Below are positions 17,265 to 25,672 of a stretch of DNA of 32,999 bases, in pieces. The notes under the pieces are model-generated. The model worked only from the letters and a program-made list of their open reading frames with translations, was not told the DNA's origin and ran no database searches. Every line of letters starts with the position of its first letter. Positions within the stretch are counted from its first letter, which is position 1. The DNA lies in the IMG/VR virus record IMGVR_UViG_2703718851_000003. The stretch is one strand, 5' to 3'. The position numbers and the translations under genes were made by a program. Source of the stretch: a virus (Duplodnaviria; Heunggongvirae; Uroviricota; Caudoviricetes).

Positions 17265-18008
17265 TTAACTGGCTTTCTTTTTCGGGCGTCCACGTTTTGC
17301 CGGTGTCACGCTCCGGGTCTTACGCGGGGCGCGGGTGGCCGCTTTGGGCTGCGGCTCCGGCTTCGGTTTCAGCTCCCGCTCCAGTCGTTCAATCTCTTTT
17401 TTGACGCCTGCCTGACAGTCGAGCTGTGTCGCACGTTGCAGGTGAGCCAGCGCACCGGCGGCATCACCACCGTCACGCAGAAACAGACCGGTAATTTTGT
17501 GCAGCTTTGCGCGCACTTCATCAGGCATGTCAGCCGTGGCGGTCAGTTCAAGGGTCTCCGTCAGCAGGCGGGTATCCACAGACTCACCGGCAGCGTGAGC
17601 GCGCATGGCCGCAAGCGCTACCTCCTCGGTGAACATGTACGGCGGGGTACGGCGGTGTTTACCCGGCATGGTCAGACCGTACTTCAGGGCATAACGGGCA
17701 ATCTCCAGCGCACCGGCAATATCGCCGGTATCCAGACGCCACAGCATGACCGTCATCAGAATGTCATCCTGTGCACCTTTGCCCTGCTCCAGCACGCCGT
17801 TCACCCACGGCAACCAGAACGGCAGCAGTTCGCGCTTTTTCGCGGCCTTCAGCTCTTTTGAATAAATCGCTTTCAGTGTGCGCTGGTCTGCGGCGAGCTT
17901 AACCAGCATCTGCTCATAGACAGTTGCATGTCGCAGCGGGGCGGCGTCCCGCTGCGCGGTCATCGCTGCCGAGACCCGCATCATGTGGCGCTGTGCGGGA
18001 CTCGTCAT
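17265..18008 (-). CDS. M: Terminase small (endonuclease) subunit M
   Basis: 247-aa ORF downstream of N; length as P2 gpM. Confidence 0.88.
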   Translation of the reverse strand: MTSPAQRHMMRVSAAMTAQRDAAPLRHATVYEQMLVKLAADQRTLKAIYSKELKAAKKRELLPFWLPWVNGVLEQGKGAQDDILMTVMLWRLDTGDIAGALEIARYALKYGLTMPGKHRRTPPYMFTEEVALAAMRAHAAGESVDTRLLTETLELTATADMPDEVRAKLHKITGLFLRDGGDAAGALAHLQRATQLDCQAGVKKEIERLERELKPKPEPQPKAATRAPRKTRSVTPAKRGRPKKKAS

Positions 18009-18011
18009 CAG

Positions 18012-19085
18012 TTACGCTCCCGGCTCTGCGGTCGCCTTAGCCGGTGTGGAGAAGTCACCGACCTTGATTTTTTCCACCAGACAACCGGCGGCGTAGTCTT
18101 CCACCACGTAATCAATGTTCATTGACTCGTAGTTCTCCACGCGGTCGAGTTTCGGGTTTTCCACAATCACGCGGCGATGGCTGTCATCCATGTAGTAGAT
18201 GGACAGGTTTTCCAGCTTCGTGATGAGCATCGCATCCGCCGGGAAGTACGGGACGCGTACCGCCGGCAGGTTACCGATGCGTTTCTGGCTGATGATGACG
18301 TCAGCGGCCAGCATTTCGCTGTTGTCCTGCTCCTTGTTAACGATGGGGAAATACTTGTCCGCCAGTAACTGACGCCCCACAATCACCACAAGGTCAGGGT
18401 CTTCCTGATACCACGGCTCAATCAGGTTGTTGGTCGCATCCATCACCAGTGCATCAAGGCTGGCATAATCACCGCCCTTACCCACGCGGATGACCTCAGA
18501 GGTGGTGTGACCTTCCTCGTCAGTTACCTTGCTCATCACACGCGCCGGGGCTTCATTGCGGTATTTCTGCAGCCAGCCGACCGCCACATCCTGCAGCATC
18601 GGATTACTGTTGCGGTCAGAGGTTTCGGCACGCCTCACGCCGTTAAAACCGGCCATGATTAAATCAAGGGACTGGCGTTTGATAATGGCGTTACGGACAC
18701 GGAGCTGGAAATCCTGATAACGCGCCCACAGGTCCAGCGTTTTGTAGCGGATATAAAAATCGAAGTTAATCTGGTCGCATTCGTACTTGTTTGACGCCAG
18801 CTTCGAGAAGTCCTTCGGCTGACGCTCGGTGCCACCGGCGGTGTCGGTGGTGCTGGCGATGGAGCCGGTGACACCGATGCCAATTTTTTCCCCTTTCATT
18901 TCGCTGACCGGCACAATATTGATGCGGGTCAGAAAGTCAGAGGACTCCTGCATGGTGTTCATCAGGGTCTGGGTGACCGACGGTTCAACGGTGAATTTTT
19001 TCGACACATCACCGGCGTCGATGCCGTTCAGTTCGGCAACACGGGACAGGTAGGCATTAAATTTAAAGCGGGTTTCCTGGCGCAT
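18012..19085 (-). CDS. N: Major capsid protein N
   Basis: 357-aa ORF; length and order as P2 gpN. Confidence 0.92.
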   Translation of the reverse strand: MRQETRFKFNAYLSRVAELNGIDAGDVSKKFTVEPSVTQTLMNTMQESSDFLTRINIVPVSEMKGEKIGIGVTGSIASTTDTAGGTERQPKDFSKLASNKYECDQINFDFYIRYKTLDLWARYQDFQLRVRNAIIKRQSLDLIMAGFNGVRRAETSDRNSNPMLQDVAVGWLQKYRNEAPARVMSKVTDEEGHTTSEVIRVGKGGDYASLDALVMDATNNLIEPWYQEDPDLVVIVGRQLLADKYFPIVNKEQDNSEMLAADVIISQKRIGNLPAVRVPYFPADAMLITKLENLSIYYMDDSHRRVIVENPKLDRVENYESMNIDYVVEDYAAGCLVEKIKVGDFSTPAKATAEPGA

Positions 19086-19143
19086 AGTTTTTCCTGAAAT
19101 TAAGGGTTAATCGTGAAGGTTTTCCCGGACTGACTGACGCCGG

Positions 19144-19998
19144 TCAGCAGTTCGTCATCAGGGCGTCACCGCCACCACCGGTGGCCTTGCTGCGGCGCTG
19201 CTGGGTCAGACTTTCGGTGTGGTCGAGACTGTTTTTCAGGCGGGTGAATGCCTGGCTGGTTTCATCCGCCCTGTCAGTCACATCCTGCTTAAGTGCGGAA
19301 AAAGCGGTTTCCATCTCAGCGAGGCGCTGCTCAGTGGCGCTCAGTTTTTCCTGCACATGTTCAGCAACAGCGGTCACCGCTTCATGCACGTCATTCAGAC
19401 GGGCGTCATCGCTGGCCTGTTTGCGGCCAAAAATGGACTTCACCTTTTCGGTCAGGGCGGTGAACACGGTTTCAGGCAGGTCTTCAAATTCCAGCTCAAC
19501 GGGCGTTGCCACTGAAATCAGGTTTTCAGGGCTTAATTTGAAGCGGTTCAGGGGGTTGTGTTTTGCCGTGCGGCAGAATTCCAGGTATTCCGTGCCGAGG
19601 CTTGCCGGGTCATCGGTGACGGCCAGACCCACCAGATAACATTTGCCGGTATTGGCAAAGTTCGGCTGAATTTCCATTGAGGTATAGACCTTCTGCGCGG
19701 CCTTGTTCATCGCGATAAGGTCATCGGTCGGGGTGATTTTCGCAAACAGCGCCCATTTGCCTTTCAGCGCCGAATCATCGTCAATCTTTTCGGCCTTCAG
19801 TTCGGCCACATCGCCATAACGCTTAAAAATACCGTCAGGCAGGATGCCGCGCAGATGTTCCAGGTTAATGCGGCAACCATAGACACGCGGGTCAAAGGTT
19901 TCGGCCATTTCCTGAATATCCTGCGCACTGATGACACGCCCGTCACAGGTGTCACCCTCAACGCCGATACGAAAGAATTTTGAGACTTTTTTTGCCAT
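19144..19998 (-). CDS. O: Capsid scaffolding protein O
   Basis: Track ORF trimmed to the ATG at 19998, giving 284 aa (MAKKVSKFFRIGVEG...); length as P2 gpO; divergent from P. Confidence 0.88.
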   Translation of the reverse strand: MAKKVSKFFRIGVEGDTCDGRVISAQDIQEMAETFDPRVYGCRINLEHLRGILPDGIFKRYGDVAELKAEKIDDDSALKGKWALFAKITPTDDLIAMNKAAQKVYTSMEIQPNFANTGKCYLVGLAVTDDPASLGTEYLEFCRTAKHNPLNRFKLSPENLISVATPVELEFEDLPETVFTALTEKVKSIFGRKQASDDARLNDVHEAVTAVAEHVQEKLSATEQRLAEMETAFSALKQDVTDRADETSQAFTRLKNSLDHTESLTQQRRSKATGGGGDALMTNC

Positions 19999-20171
19999 TG
20001 TCAGGAGTCCTGAATAGTGATTAGAGGAGTCACATGTCGGCATCAGTTTCCCGACGATGCGCATCCTCCGCCATCAGTCCCGGATGGCTTATCACTGACA
20101 CAACAGCACCTTAGCGAATCGCGGGGCGCGACTCAGTAGCCTTGCCGTGTATTCATCACGGCGAGGTATTC

Positions 20172-21944
20172 ATGACCATCACCACAGACACCACTCTTTT
20201 ACACGACCCGCGTCGTCAGGCGGCGCTGCTGTACTGGCAGGGGTTTTCCGTGCCGCAGATTGCCGCCATGTTGCAGATGAAACGCCCGACGGTGCAGAGC
20301 TGGAAACAGCGCGACGGCTGGGACAGCGTTGCCCCCATCAGCCGTGTCGAAATGAGTCTGGAAGCGCGGCTGACCCAGCTCATCATCAAACCGCAGAAAA
20401 CCGGCGGTGACTTCAAGGAAATTGACCTGCTGGGACGCCAGATTGAACGACTGGCACGGGTAAACCGTTACAGTCAGACCGGCAACGAGGCAGACCTTAA
20501 TCCGAACGTCGCTAACCGCAACAAAGGCGGGCGGCGCAAACCGAAAAAGAATTTTTTCAGTGACGAGGCCATCGAAAAGCTGGAGCAGATTTTCTTTGAG
20601 CAGTCTTTCGAATATCAGCTGCACTGGTATCGCGCCGGGCTTGAGCACCGCATCCGCGATATCCTGAAATCCCGCCAGATTGGCGCGACGTTTTATTTTT
20701 CCCGCGAGGCGCTGCTGCGCGCCCTGAAAACCGGCCATAACCAGATTTTTCTGTCGGCCAGTAAAACGCAGGCGTATGTGTTCCGCGAATACATCATCGC
20801 CTTTGCCCGTCTGGTTGACGTTGACCTGACCGGTGACCCGATTGTCCTGGGCAATAACGGTGCAAAACTGATTTTTCTCGGCACCAACTCCAACACCGCA
20901 CAGAGCCATAACGGCGACCTGTACGTCGATGAGATTTTCTGGATCCCGAATTTTCAGGTACTGCGTAAGGTGGCATCAGGTATGGCCTCACAGAGTCACC
21001 TGCGCTCGACCTATTTCTCCACCCCGTCCACGCTGGCGCACGACGCCTACCCGTTCTGGTCGGGTGAACTGTTCAACCGGGGACGCGCCAGCGCCGCCGA
21101 ACGCGTGGAAATCGACGTCAGTCATAACGCCCTTGCCGGAGGTCTTCTCTGTGCGGACGGCCAGTGGCGGCAGATTGTCACCATTGAGGACGCCCTGAAA
21201 GGCGGCTGCACGCTGTTCGACATTGAGCAGCTCAAACGCGAAAACAGCGCCGACGATTTTAAAAACCTGTTCATGTGTGAATTTGTTGACGACAAGGCAT
21301 CGGTGTTCCCGTTCGAGGAGCTGCAACGCTGCATGGTCGACACACTGGAAGAATGGGAAGACTATGCGCCGTTTGCCGCCAATCCGTTCGGCTCCCGCCC
21401 GGTATGGATTGGTTACGACCCGTCACACCGTGGCGACAGCGCCGGATGCGTGGTGCTGGCACCGCCGGTGGTGGCCGGTGGCAAATTCAGAATACTTGAG
21501 CGTCACCAGTGGAAAGGCATGGACTTTGCCACCCAGGCTGAATCCATCCGCAAACTCACCGAAAAATACAACGTCGAATACATCGGAATTGATGCCACCG
21601 GCCTCGGTGTCGGCGTGTTCCAGCTCGTGCGCTCGTTCTATCCCGCCGCGCGTGATATCCGCTACACGCCGGAAATGAAAACCGCAATGGTGCTCAAGGC
21701 AAAAGACGTTATCCGCCGTGGCTGTCTGGAATACGACGTCAGCGCCACCGACATCACCAGCTCGTTTATGGCTATCCGCAAGACCATGACCAGCAGCGGA
21801 CGCAGCGCCACCTATGAGGCCAGCCGCAGCGAGGAAGCCAGCCACGCCGACCTCGCCTGGGCGACCATGCACGCCCTGTTAAATGAGCCACTCACCGCCG
21901 GTATCAGCACCCCGCTGACATCCACCATTCTGGAGTTTTACTGA
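20172..21944 (+). CDS. P: Terminase large (ATPase) subunit P
   Basis: Track ORF trimmed to the ATG at 20172, giving 590 aa (MTITTDTTLLHDP...); GAGG Shine-Dalgarno; length as P2 gpP. Confidence 0.9.
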   Translation: MTITTDTTLLHDPRRQAALLYWQGFSVPQIAAMLQMKRPTVQSWKQRDGWDSVAPISRVEMSLEARLTQLIIKPQKTGGDFKEIDLLGRQIERLARVNRYSQTGNEADLNPNVANRNKGGRRKPKKNFFSDEAIEKLEQIFFEQSFEYQLHWYRAGLEHRIRDILKSRQIGATFYFSREALLRALKTGHNQIFLSASKTQAYVFREYIIAFARLVDVDLTGDPIVLGNNGAKLIFLGTNSNTAQSHNGDLYVDEIFWIPNFQVLRKVASGMASQSHLRSTYFSTPSTLAHDAYPFWSGELFNRGRASAAERVEIDVSHNALAGGLLCADGQWRQIVTIEDALKGGCTLFDIEQLKRENSADDFKNLFMCEFVDDKASVFPFEELQRCMVDTLEEWEDYAPFAANPFGSRPVWIGYDPSHRGDSAGCVVLAPPVVAGGKFRILERHQWKGMDFATQAESIRKLTEKYNVEYIGIDATGLGVGVFQLVRSFYPAARDIRYTPEMKTAMVLKAKDVIRRGCLEYDVSATDITSSFMAIRKTMTSSGRSATYEASRSEEASHADLAWATMHALLNEPLTAGISTPLTSTILEFY

Positions 21945-22978
21945 TGAGTAAGAAAAAAGGGAAAACACCGCAGCCAGCGGTGAAAACAATGACTGCCAGC
22001 GCCCCGAAAATGGAGGCATTCACCTTTGGTGAGCCGGTGCCGGTACTCGACCGCCGTGATATTCTGGATTACGTCGAGTGCATCAGTAACGGCAGATGGT
22101 ATGAGCCACCGGTCAGCTTTACCGGTCTGGCAAAAAGCCTGCGTGCTGCCGTGCATCACAGCTCACCGATTTACGTCAAACGTAATATTCTGGCCTCAAC
22201 GTTTATCCCGCACCCGTGGCTTTCCCAGCAGGATTTCAGCCGCTTTGTGCTGGATTTTCTGGTGTTCGGTAATGCGTTTCTGGAAAAGCGCTACAGCACT
22301 ACCGGTAAGGTCATCAGACTGGAAACCTCACCGGCAAAATATACCCGCCGTGGCGTGGAGGAGGATGTTTACTGGTGGGTGCCATCCTTCAACGAGCCGA
22401 CACCTTTCGCGCCCGGCTCCGTGTTTCACCTGCTGGAGCCGGATATCAATCAGGAGCTGTACGGCCTGCCGGAATATCTCAGCGCCCTTAACTCTGCCTG
22501 GCTGAATGAGTCGGCCACGCTGTTCCGCCGCAAGTATTACGAAAACGGCGCACATGCCGGATACATCATGTACGTCACCGATGCCGTGCAGGATCGCAAC
22601 GATATCGAAATGCTTCGCGAAAACATGGTGAAGTCGAAAGGCCGCAACAACTTTAAAAACCTGTTTCTCTACGCCCCACAGGGAAAAGCCGACGGTATTA
22701 AAATTATCCCGCTCAGTGAAGTGGCAACGAAGGACGATTTTTTTAATATCAAAAAAGCCAGCGCCGCAGACCTGCTGGACGCGCACCGCATCCCTTTTCA
22801 GTTGATGGGCGGCAAGCCGGAGAACGTCGGGTCGCTGGGTGATATTGAGAAAGTGGCAAAGGTCTTTGTCCGCAATGAGCTTATCCCGTTACAGGACAGG
22901 ATCCGCGAGATAAACGGCTGGCTCGGTCAGGAGGTCATCCGCTTTAAAAACTACTCACTGGACACTGACAACGGCTGA
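21944..22978 (+). CDS. Q: Portal protein Q
   Basis: 344-aa ORF; ATGA overlap with the P stop; followed by a terminator and cos; length as P2 gpQ. Confidence 0.92.
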   Translation: MSKKKGKTPQPAVKTMTASAPKMEAFTFGEPVPVLDRRDILDYVECISNGRWYEPPVSFTGLAKSLRAAVHHSSPIYVKRNILASTFIPHPWLSQQDFSRFVLDFLVFGNAFLEKRYSTTGKVIRLETSPAKYTRRGVEEDVYWWVPSFNEPTPFAPGSVFHLLEPDINQELYGLPEYLSALNSAWLNESATLFRRKYYENGAHAGYIMYVTDAVQDRNDIEMLRENMVKSKGRNNFKNLFLYAPQGKADGIKIIPLSEVATKDDFFNIKKASAADLLDAHRIPFQLMGGKPENVGSLGDIEKVAKVFVRNELIPLQDRIREINGWLGQEVIRFKNYSLDTDNG

Positions 22979-22983
22979 ACATC

Positions 22984-23005
22984 GCCGCCTGCGGGCGGCT
23001 TTTTT
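22984..23005 (+). terminator. Rho-independent terminator downstream of Q
   Basis: gccgcc-tgcg-ggcggc stem-loop followed by six T, starting 6 nt after the Q stop. Confidence 0.85.
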
Positions 23006-23147
23006 ACACCCCGTCATCACGCCCTCACACGCTCACCACCGCACAAAACAGCCCGCATACACACCAACGCCCCGGCGAACAATCCAAACGCCATCACGAC
23101 GCGCTCAGACGCTGAAAAAATAAAATCAGCACCACCGCCAGCGCGCA

Positions 23148-23166
23148 GTGCTTTCCCCGCCTCGCC
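23148..23166 (-). other. cos cohesive-end sequence (19 nt, P2-type)
   Basis: The minus strand reads GGCGAGGCGGGGAAAGCAC, which matches my recollection of the P2 cohesive end; it sits directly beyond Q, where cos lies in P2. Confidence 0.7.
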
Positions 23167-23322
23167 CGCCCGCTTCGTGGGGCTGTTTTAATGCAGTTGC
23201 ATGAACACTCCAAGAGCGCGCCAGCACTGGCGGCGCCCACACGTAACGGGGAAGGAAAACGCATGCGATTCGATGCAGTAATGCATGCGGAGCTGAAAAT
23301 GGCAGAAAATACTGAAAAACGC

Positions 23323-23352
23323 ATAAAAAACCGGCATTCAGGTTGCCGGTTT
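23323..23352 (-). terminator. Rho-independent terminator on the minus strand
   Basis: Minus strand AAACCGGCA-acctgaa-TGCCGGTT followed by TTTTTT; about 18 nt after the stop of the 33-aa hydrophobic ORF. Confidence 0.7.
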
Positions 23353-23370
23353 GAGTCAGCTTCATTGTGG

Positions 23371-23472
23371 TTACTTGTCGCGCAATGCGCCAATAATACT
23401 GGTAAGGCAACAAGTGGCAACAATCAGCAAAAAAACCGTCGTCCACGGATTTTCATAAACGAGAGATAACAT
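23371..23472 (-). CDS. Candidate 33-aa hydrophobic membrane peptide (MLSLVYENPWTTVFLLIVATCCLTSIIGALRDK)
   Basis: Below the ORF-track size cut-off; found by translating the minus strand. Single transmembrane-like helix, terminator right after the stop, weak and distant AGGA ribosome-binding site. Confidence 0.3.
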   Translation of the reverse strand: MLSLVYENPWTTVFLLIVATCCLTSIIGALRDK

Positions 23473-23488
23473 ATTGATAAAGATCCTT

Positions 23489-23620
23489 TTATTTGTTCAT
23501 TCTGATGTGGTTTAAAAGGTGTTTGATAACGACCGTAAGCTCATCTTTACTGGCTTGCTCGACCATTTTTTCGGTGTAGCTTTCCACTTCGCGGGAACTC
23601 AGGTCGTTATTTGAGGCCAT
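23489..23620 (-). CDS. Candidate small hydrophilic protein (43 aa from ATG 23620; 64 aa if started at 23683)
   Basis: In-frame portion of track ORF 23489..23770 that does not overlap the divergent 145-aa gene; ribosome-binding sites weak; coding status uncertain. Confidence 0.25.
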   Translation of the reverse strand: MASNNDLSSREVESYTEKMVEQASKDELTVVIKHLLNHIRMNK

Positions 23621-23681
23621 TACAGTGAGTCTCTTTGCCCAGTCGGCATAAGGGTCTTTAATTGATGAAAGGGAATTATGC

Positions 23682-24119
23682 ATGTCCAAAAACCTCGAAT
23701 TATTTAACCAGCAGACGGCTGAAATCTTTGCGGTGCTATGGGATAACTTTCCTGTACCACAAGTCATCACCTACAAAAAATTTAACGCCGCGTTACCTGA
23801 TGACTACTTTGACCAACTTAACTCACCGGAAATGAAAGCACTGAATCAGTTGCGTAGTGTGGTTGATGGCACATTCACTTTCCTAAGCGAAAACGGCTAT
23901 ATTCTGTACGGAACAGACCATCAGACCGGTTTTCATGATGTGCGCCTGACCGAGAAAGCACTCGCGGTGCTCAACAAAAAACCCGAAGCACTTGGCGGTA
24001 ATGAAACGATGGGAGATAAAATTATCAGTGCAGTAAAAGACGGGACTCCAGGTGTCATTGCTGGAGCAGTGACAAACCTGTTGACTCTTGGTGTTAATTT
24101 TGTGACGTCAGCTTCATAG
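23682..24119 (+). CDS. Hypothetical 145-aa protein with a C-terminal hydrophobic tail (accessory cargo)
   Basis: ATG start with AAGGG Shine-Dalgarno 8 nt upstream; no recognisable motif; C-terminus GTPGVIAGAVTNLLTLGVNFV is hydrophobic; convergent with the RT gene. Confidence 0.6.
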   Translation: MSKNLELFNQQTAEIFAVLWDNFPVPQVITYKKFNAALPDDYFDQLNSPEMKALNQLRSVVDGTFTFLSENGYILYGTDHQTGFHDVRLTEKALAVLNKKPEALGGNETMGDKIISAVKDGTPGVIAGAVTNLLTLGVNFVTSAS

Positions 24120-24145
24120 CTAACTACTTTCTGAGGTTTCTAATC

Positions 24146-24188
24146 AACGCCGCCTGCACCGAAAGTAAATTCCTGCACTGGCGGCGTT
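24146..24188. other. 9-bp inverted repeat (AACGCCGCC / GGCGGCGTT) with about 25-nt loop between the convergent 145-aa gene and the RT gene
   Basis: Read from the sequence; no U-run on either side, so terminator function is uncertain. Confidence 0.4.
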
Positions 24189-24243
24189 ACTAGCGCCAAA
24201 GTTATTTTATTTATTGATGCTATTATGCAATATATTCAATATG

Positions 24244-25194
24244 TTAATTTGCAGTATTAGCCTTTAAAGTAAGCACCTTAGATTTGTAACGTTGCTCAAT
24301 CACTCCCATTGAATGCAAACGACCAAAGAGCTTTTTGGCAATGATTGTTTCTCTCGCATTTTCGGCGTCTTTAATTATTTTCCAATAATCTATTTCCCTA
24401 GCCATCAAAAAATGCTGCTCATTCCTAACTTTTAATGCATTGCCTAATACAATAACTCCAGTTACCAACTTAGGCTTATCTCTGGCATATAGTTTTGTTT
24501 TCGTTGGGTGTATAACATGCCCATGCTTATTAACGATCTTACGAATTACAGCGCAGAACAATCGATTTACGTTACTACCTGAAAAAGTGAGATCATCAAC
24601 ATAAACAGTCATGTTAACTCGTAACTTTTGGCAAAGTTGATATATTTCACCAAACATTCTTGAATTTGCAAAATATGCCAACGGCATACTGATGCGACTA
24701 CCTGTTGGCAATCGGTCATGACAAGTACATATGTGGGACAAAACATCAGCAACATCAGATGACATTTTCATCACCGAAAAGAAAAAAGAAAATATCATCC
24801 CTCTTGTAGTTGATGGAAAAAAAGCTTTAATATCTGTTGTCATCATCTTTTCATTATTAAGATGAGCTTTAGCATTCGTCACATTAGAGCACTTCTTCTT
24901 CCCTGAGTGCAGATATTCTGGCAAAGCAATCCGCGATAACAAACTTGCAATTCGTGTATGTACAAGTTCTAGTTTTTCTAAAGGCTTTTGTATTTTTCGT
25001 GCTTTCCCTTTTTTAGAAAGCTGCTCAAAAACGGAATAGTTTCCTTCATCTTTTCTCAAAGAGTATAAATCATCAAGACTAACACAAAGCAAATTCGCCA
25101 GTTTTCTTTTACTTTTGAGTTTATAAAATGGCGAATCCATTATGTCATAAGATTTATTTTTAGTATTAACTTTAAGCTTTTTCCGTTTTTTCAT
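24244..25194 (-). CDS. Reverse transcriptase, short retron-like type (no C-terminal effector domain)
   Basis: 316-aa ORF with RT motifs in canonical order: NAKAHLNN, DIKAFFPS (motif A), LPTGSRISMPLAYF (motif B), YVDD (motif C), then KLVTGVIV (the VTG triplet typical of retron RTs). Pattern resembles the Ec86 retron RT as I recall it. Confidence 0.85.
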   Translation of the reverse strand: MKKRKKLKVNTKNKSYDIMDSPFYKLKSKRKLANLLCVSLDDLYSLRKDEGNYSVFEQLSKKGKARKIQKPLEKLELVHTRIASLLSRIALPEYLHSGKKKCSNVTNAKAHLNNEKMMTTDIKAFFPSTTRGMIFSFFFSVMKMSSDVADVLSHICTCHDRLPTGSRISMPLAYFANSRMFGEIYQLCQKLRVNMTVYVDDLTFSGSNVNRLFCAVIRKIVNKHGHVIHPTKTKLYARDKPKLVTGVIVLGNALKVRNEQHFLMAREIDYWKIIKDAENARETIIAKKLFGRLHSMGVIEQRYKSKVLTLKANTAN

Positions 25195-25492
25195 TTTTAT
25201 TACTTACCCACTCCAGAACATCCAGAACTTTACCGGCTAAATTTAAACGCAATCGCTTAGACAAACGGCCTTGCGTGCCTAATGATTCCGAAAAGAATAC
25301 TAAAGAGGATACTGGTATGTCGAAATGGGAGGCGTAACGCTCTAAGACTTCAATCGACGGTGACCAAACTCCGCTTTCAAGCGATACTATTTTGTCTTTT
25401 GGAATACCTAAAGATGAAGATAACTCAACTATTGATTCTTTATGGTATTGCCTTATTAAACGAAGGGCTTTATGTAACATAGGCAACTCCAT
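25172..25492 (-). CDS. Xre/Cro-type helix-turn-helix protein, overlapping the RT start (start may be the ATG at 25480, GGAG ribosome-binding site)
   Basis: 106-aa ORF; HTH segment ...ESIVELSSSLGIPKDKIVSLESG...; 23-nt overlap with the RT ORF suggests translational coupling. Confidence 0.75.
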   Translation of the reverse strand: MELPMLHKALRLIRQYHKESIVELSSSLGIPKDKIVSLESGVWSPSIEVLERYASHFDIPVSSLVFFSESLGTQGRLSKRLRLNLAGKVLDVLEWVSNKNEKTEKA

Positions 25493-25516
25493 GCTATTGA
25501 AACTAGGGAGGACGCA

Positions 25517-25672
25517 TTACTCATCACCCCCTTCGAAGTAGTCCAGTGCTCGAGTAACTAAATCAAACAGTCTAATACCCCATTTGATTAATTTCCAAGC
25601 GTAACCAGCCCACTTTTTCAGGTTTGACTTGTTCTGCGCCTGCTGTTCGTTGGTTAATTTATCATTCTTCAT
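25517..25672 (-). CDS. 51-aa small protein (MKNDKLTNEQQAQNKSNLKKWAGYAWKLIKWGIRLFDLVTRALDYFEGGDE), first ORF of the RT operon
   Basis: Internal ATG of track ORF 25517..25909 preceded by a strong AAGGAG Shine-Dalgarno at 6-nt spacing; the Shine-Dalgarno is embedded in the 3' arm of a hairpin. Confidence 0.5.
   Translation of the reverse strand: MKNDKLTNEQQAQNKSNLKKWAGYAWKLIKWGIRLFDLVTRALDYFEGGDE

Noticed and set aside
20199-21872. Minus-strand ORFs 20199..20909 (236 aa), 20988..21326 and 21423..21872
   Set aside because: Antisense inside the terminase large subunit gene P; no supporting signals.
23094-23469. ORFs 23094..23423 (-), 23126..23446 (-) and 23191..23469 (+)
   Set aside because: They span the cos site and the hairpin terminators in a region expected to be non-coding or to hold only the small peptide ORF; non-ATG starts and no ribosome-binding site.
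24244-25194. Possibility that the RT is an Abi-type (AbiA/AbiK/Abi-P2) polymerase
   Set aside because: As I recall, those are considerably larger with a C-terminal domain; this ORF ends shortly after the thumb-like region and carries the retron-like VTG motif. Not excluded without a profile search.
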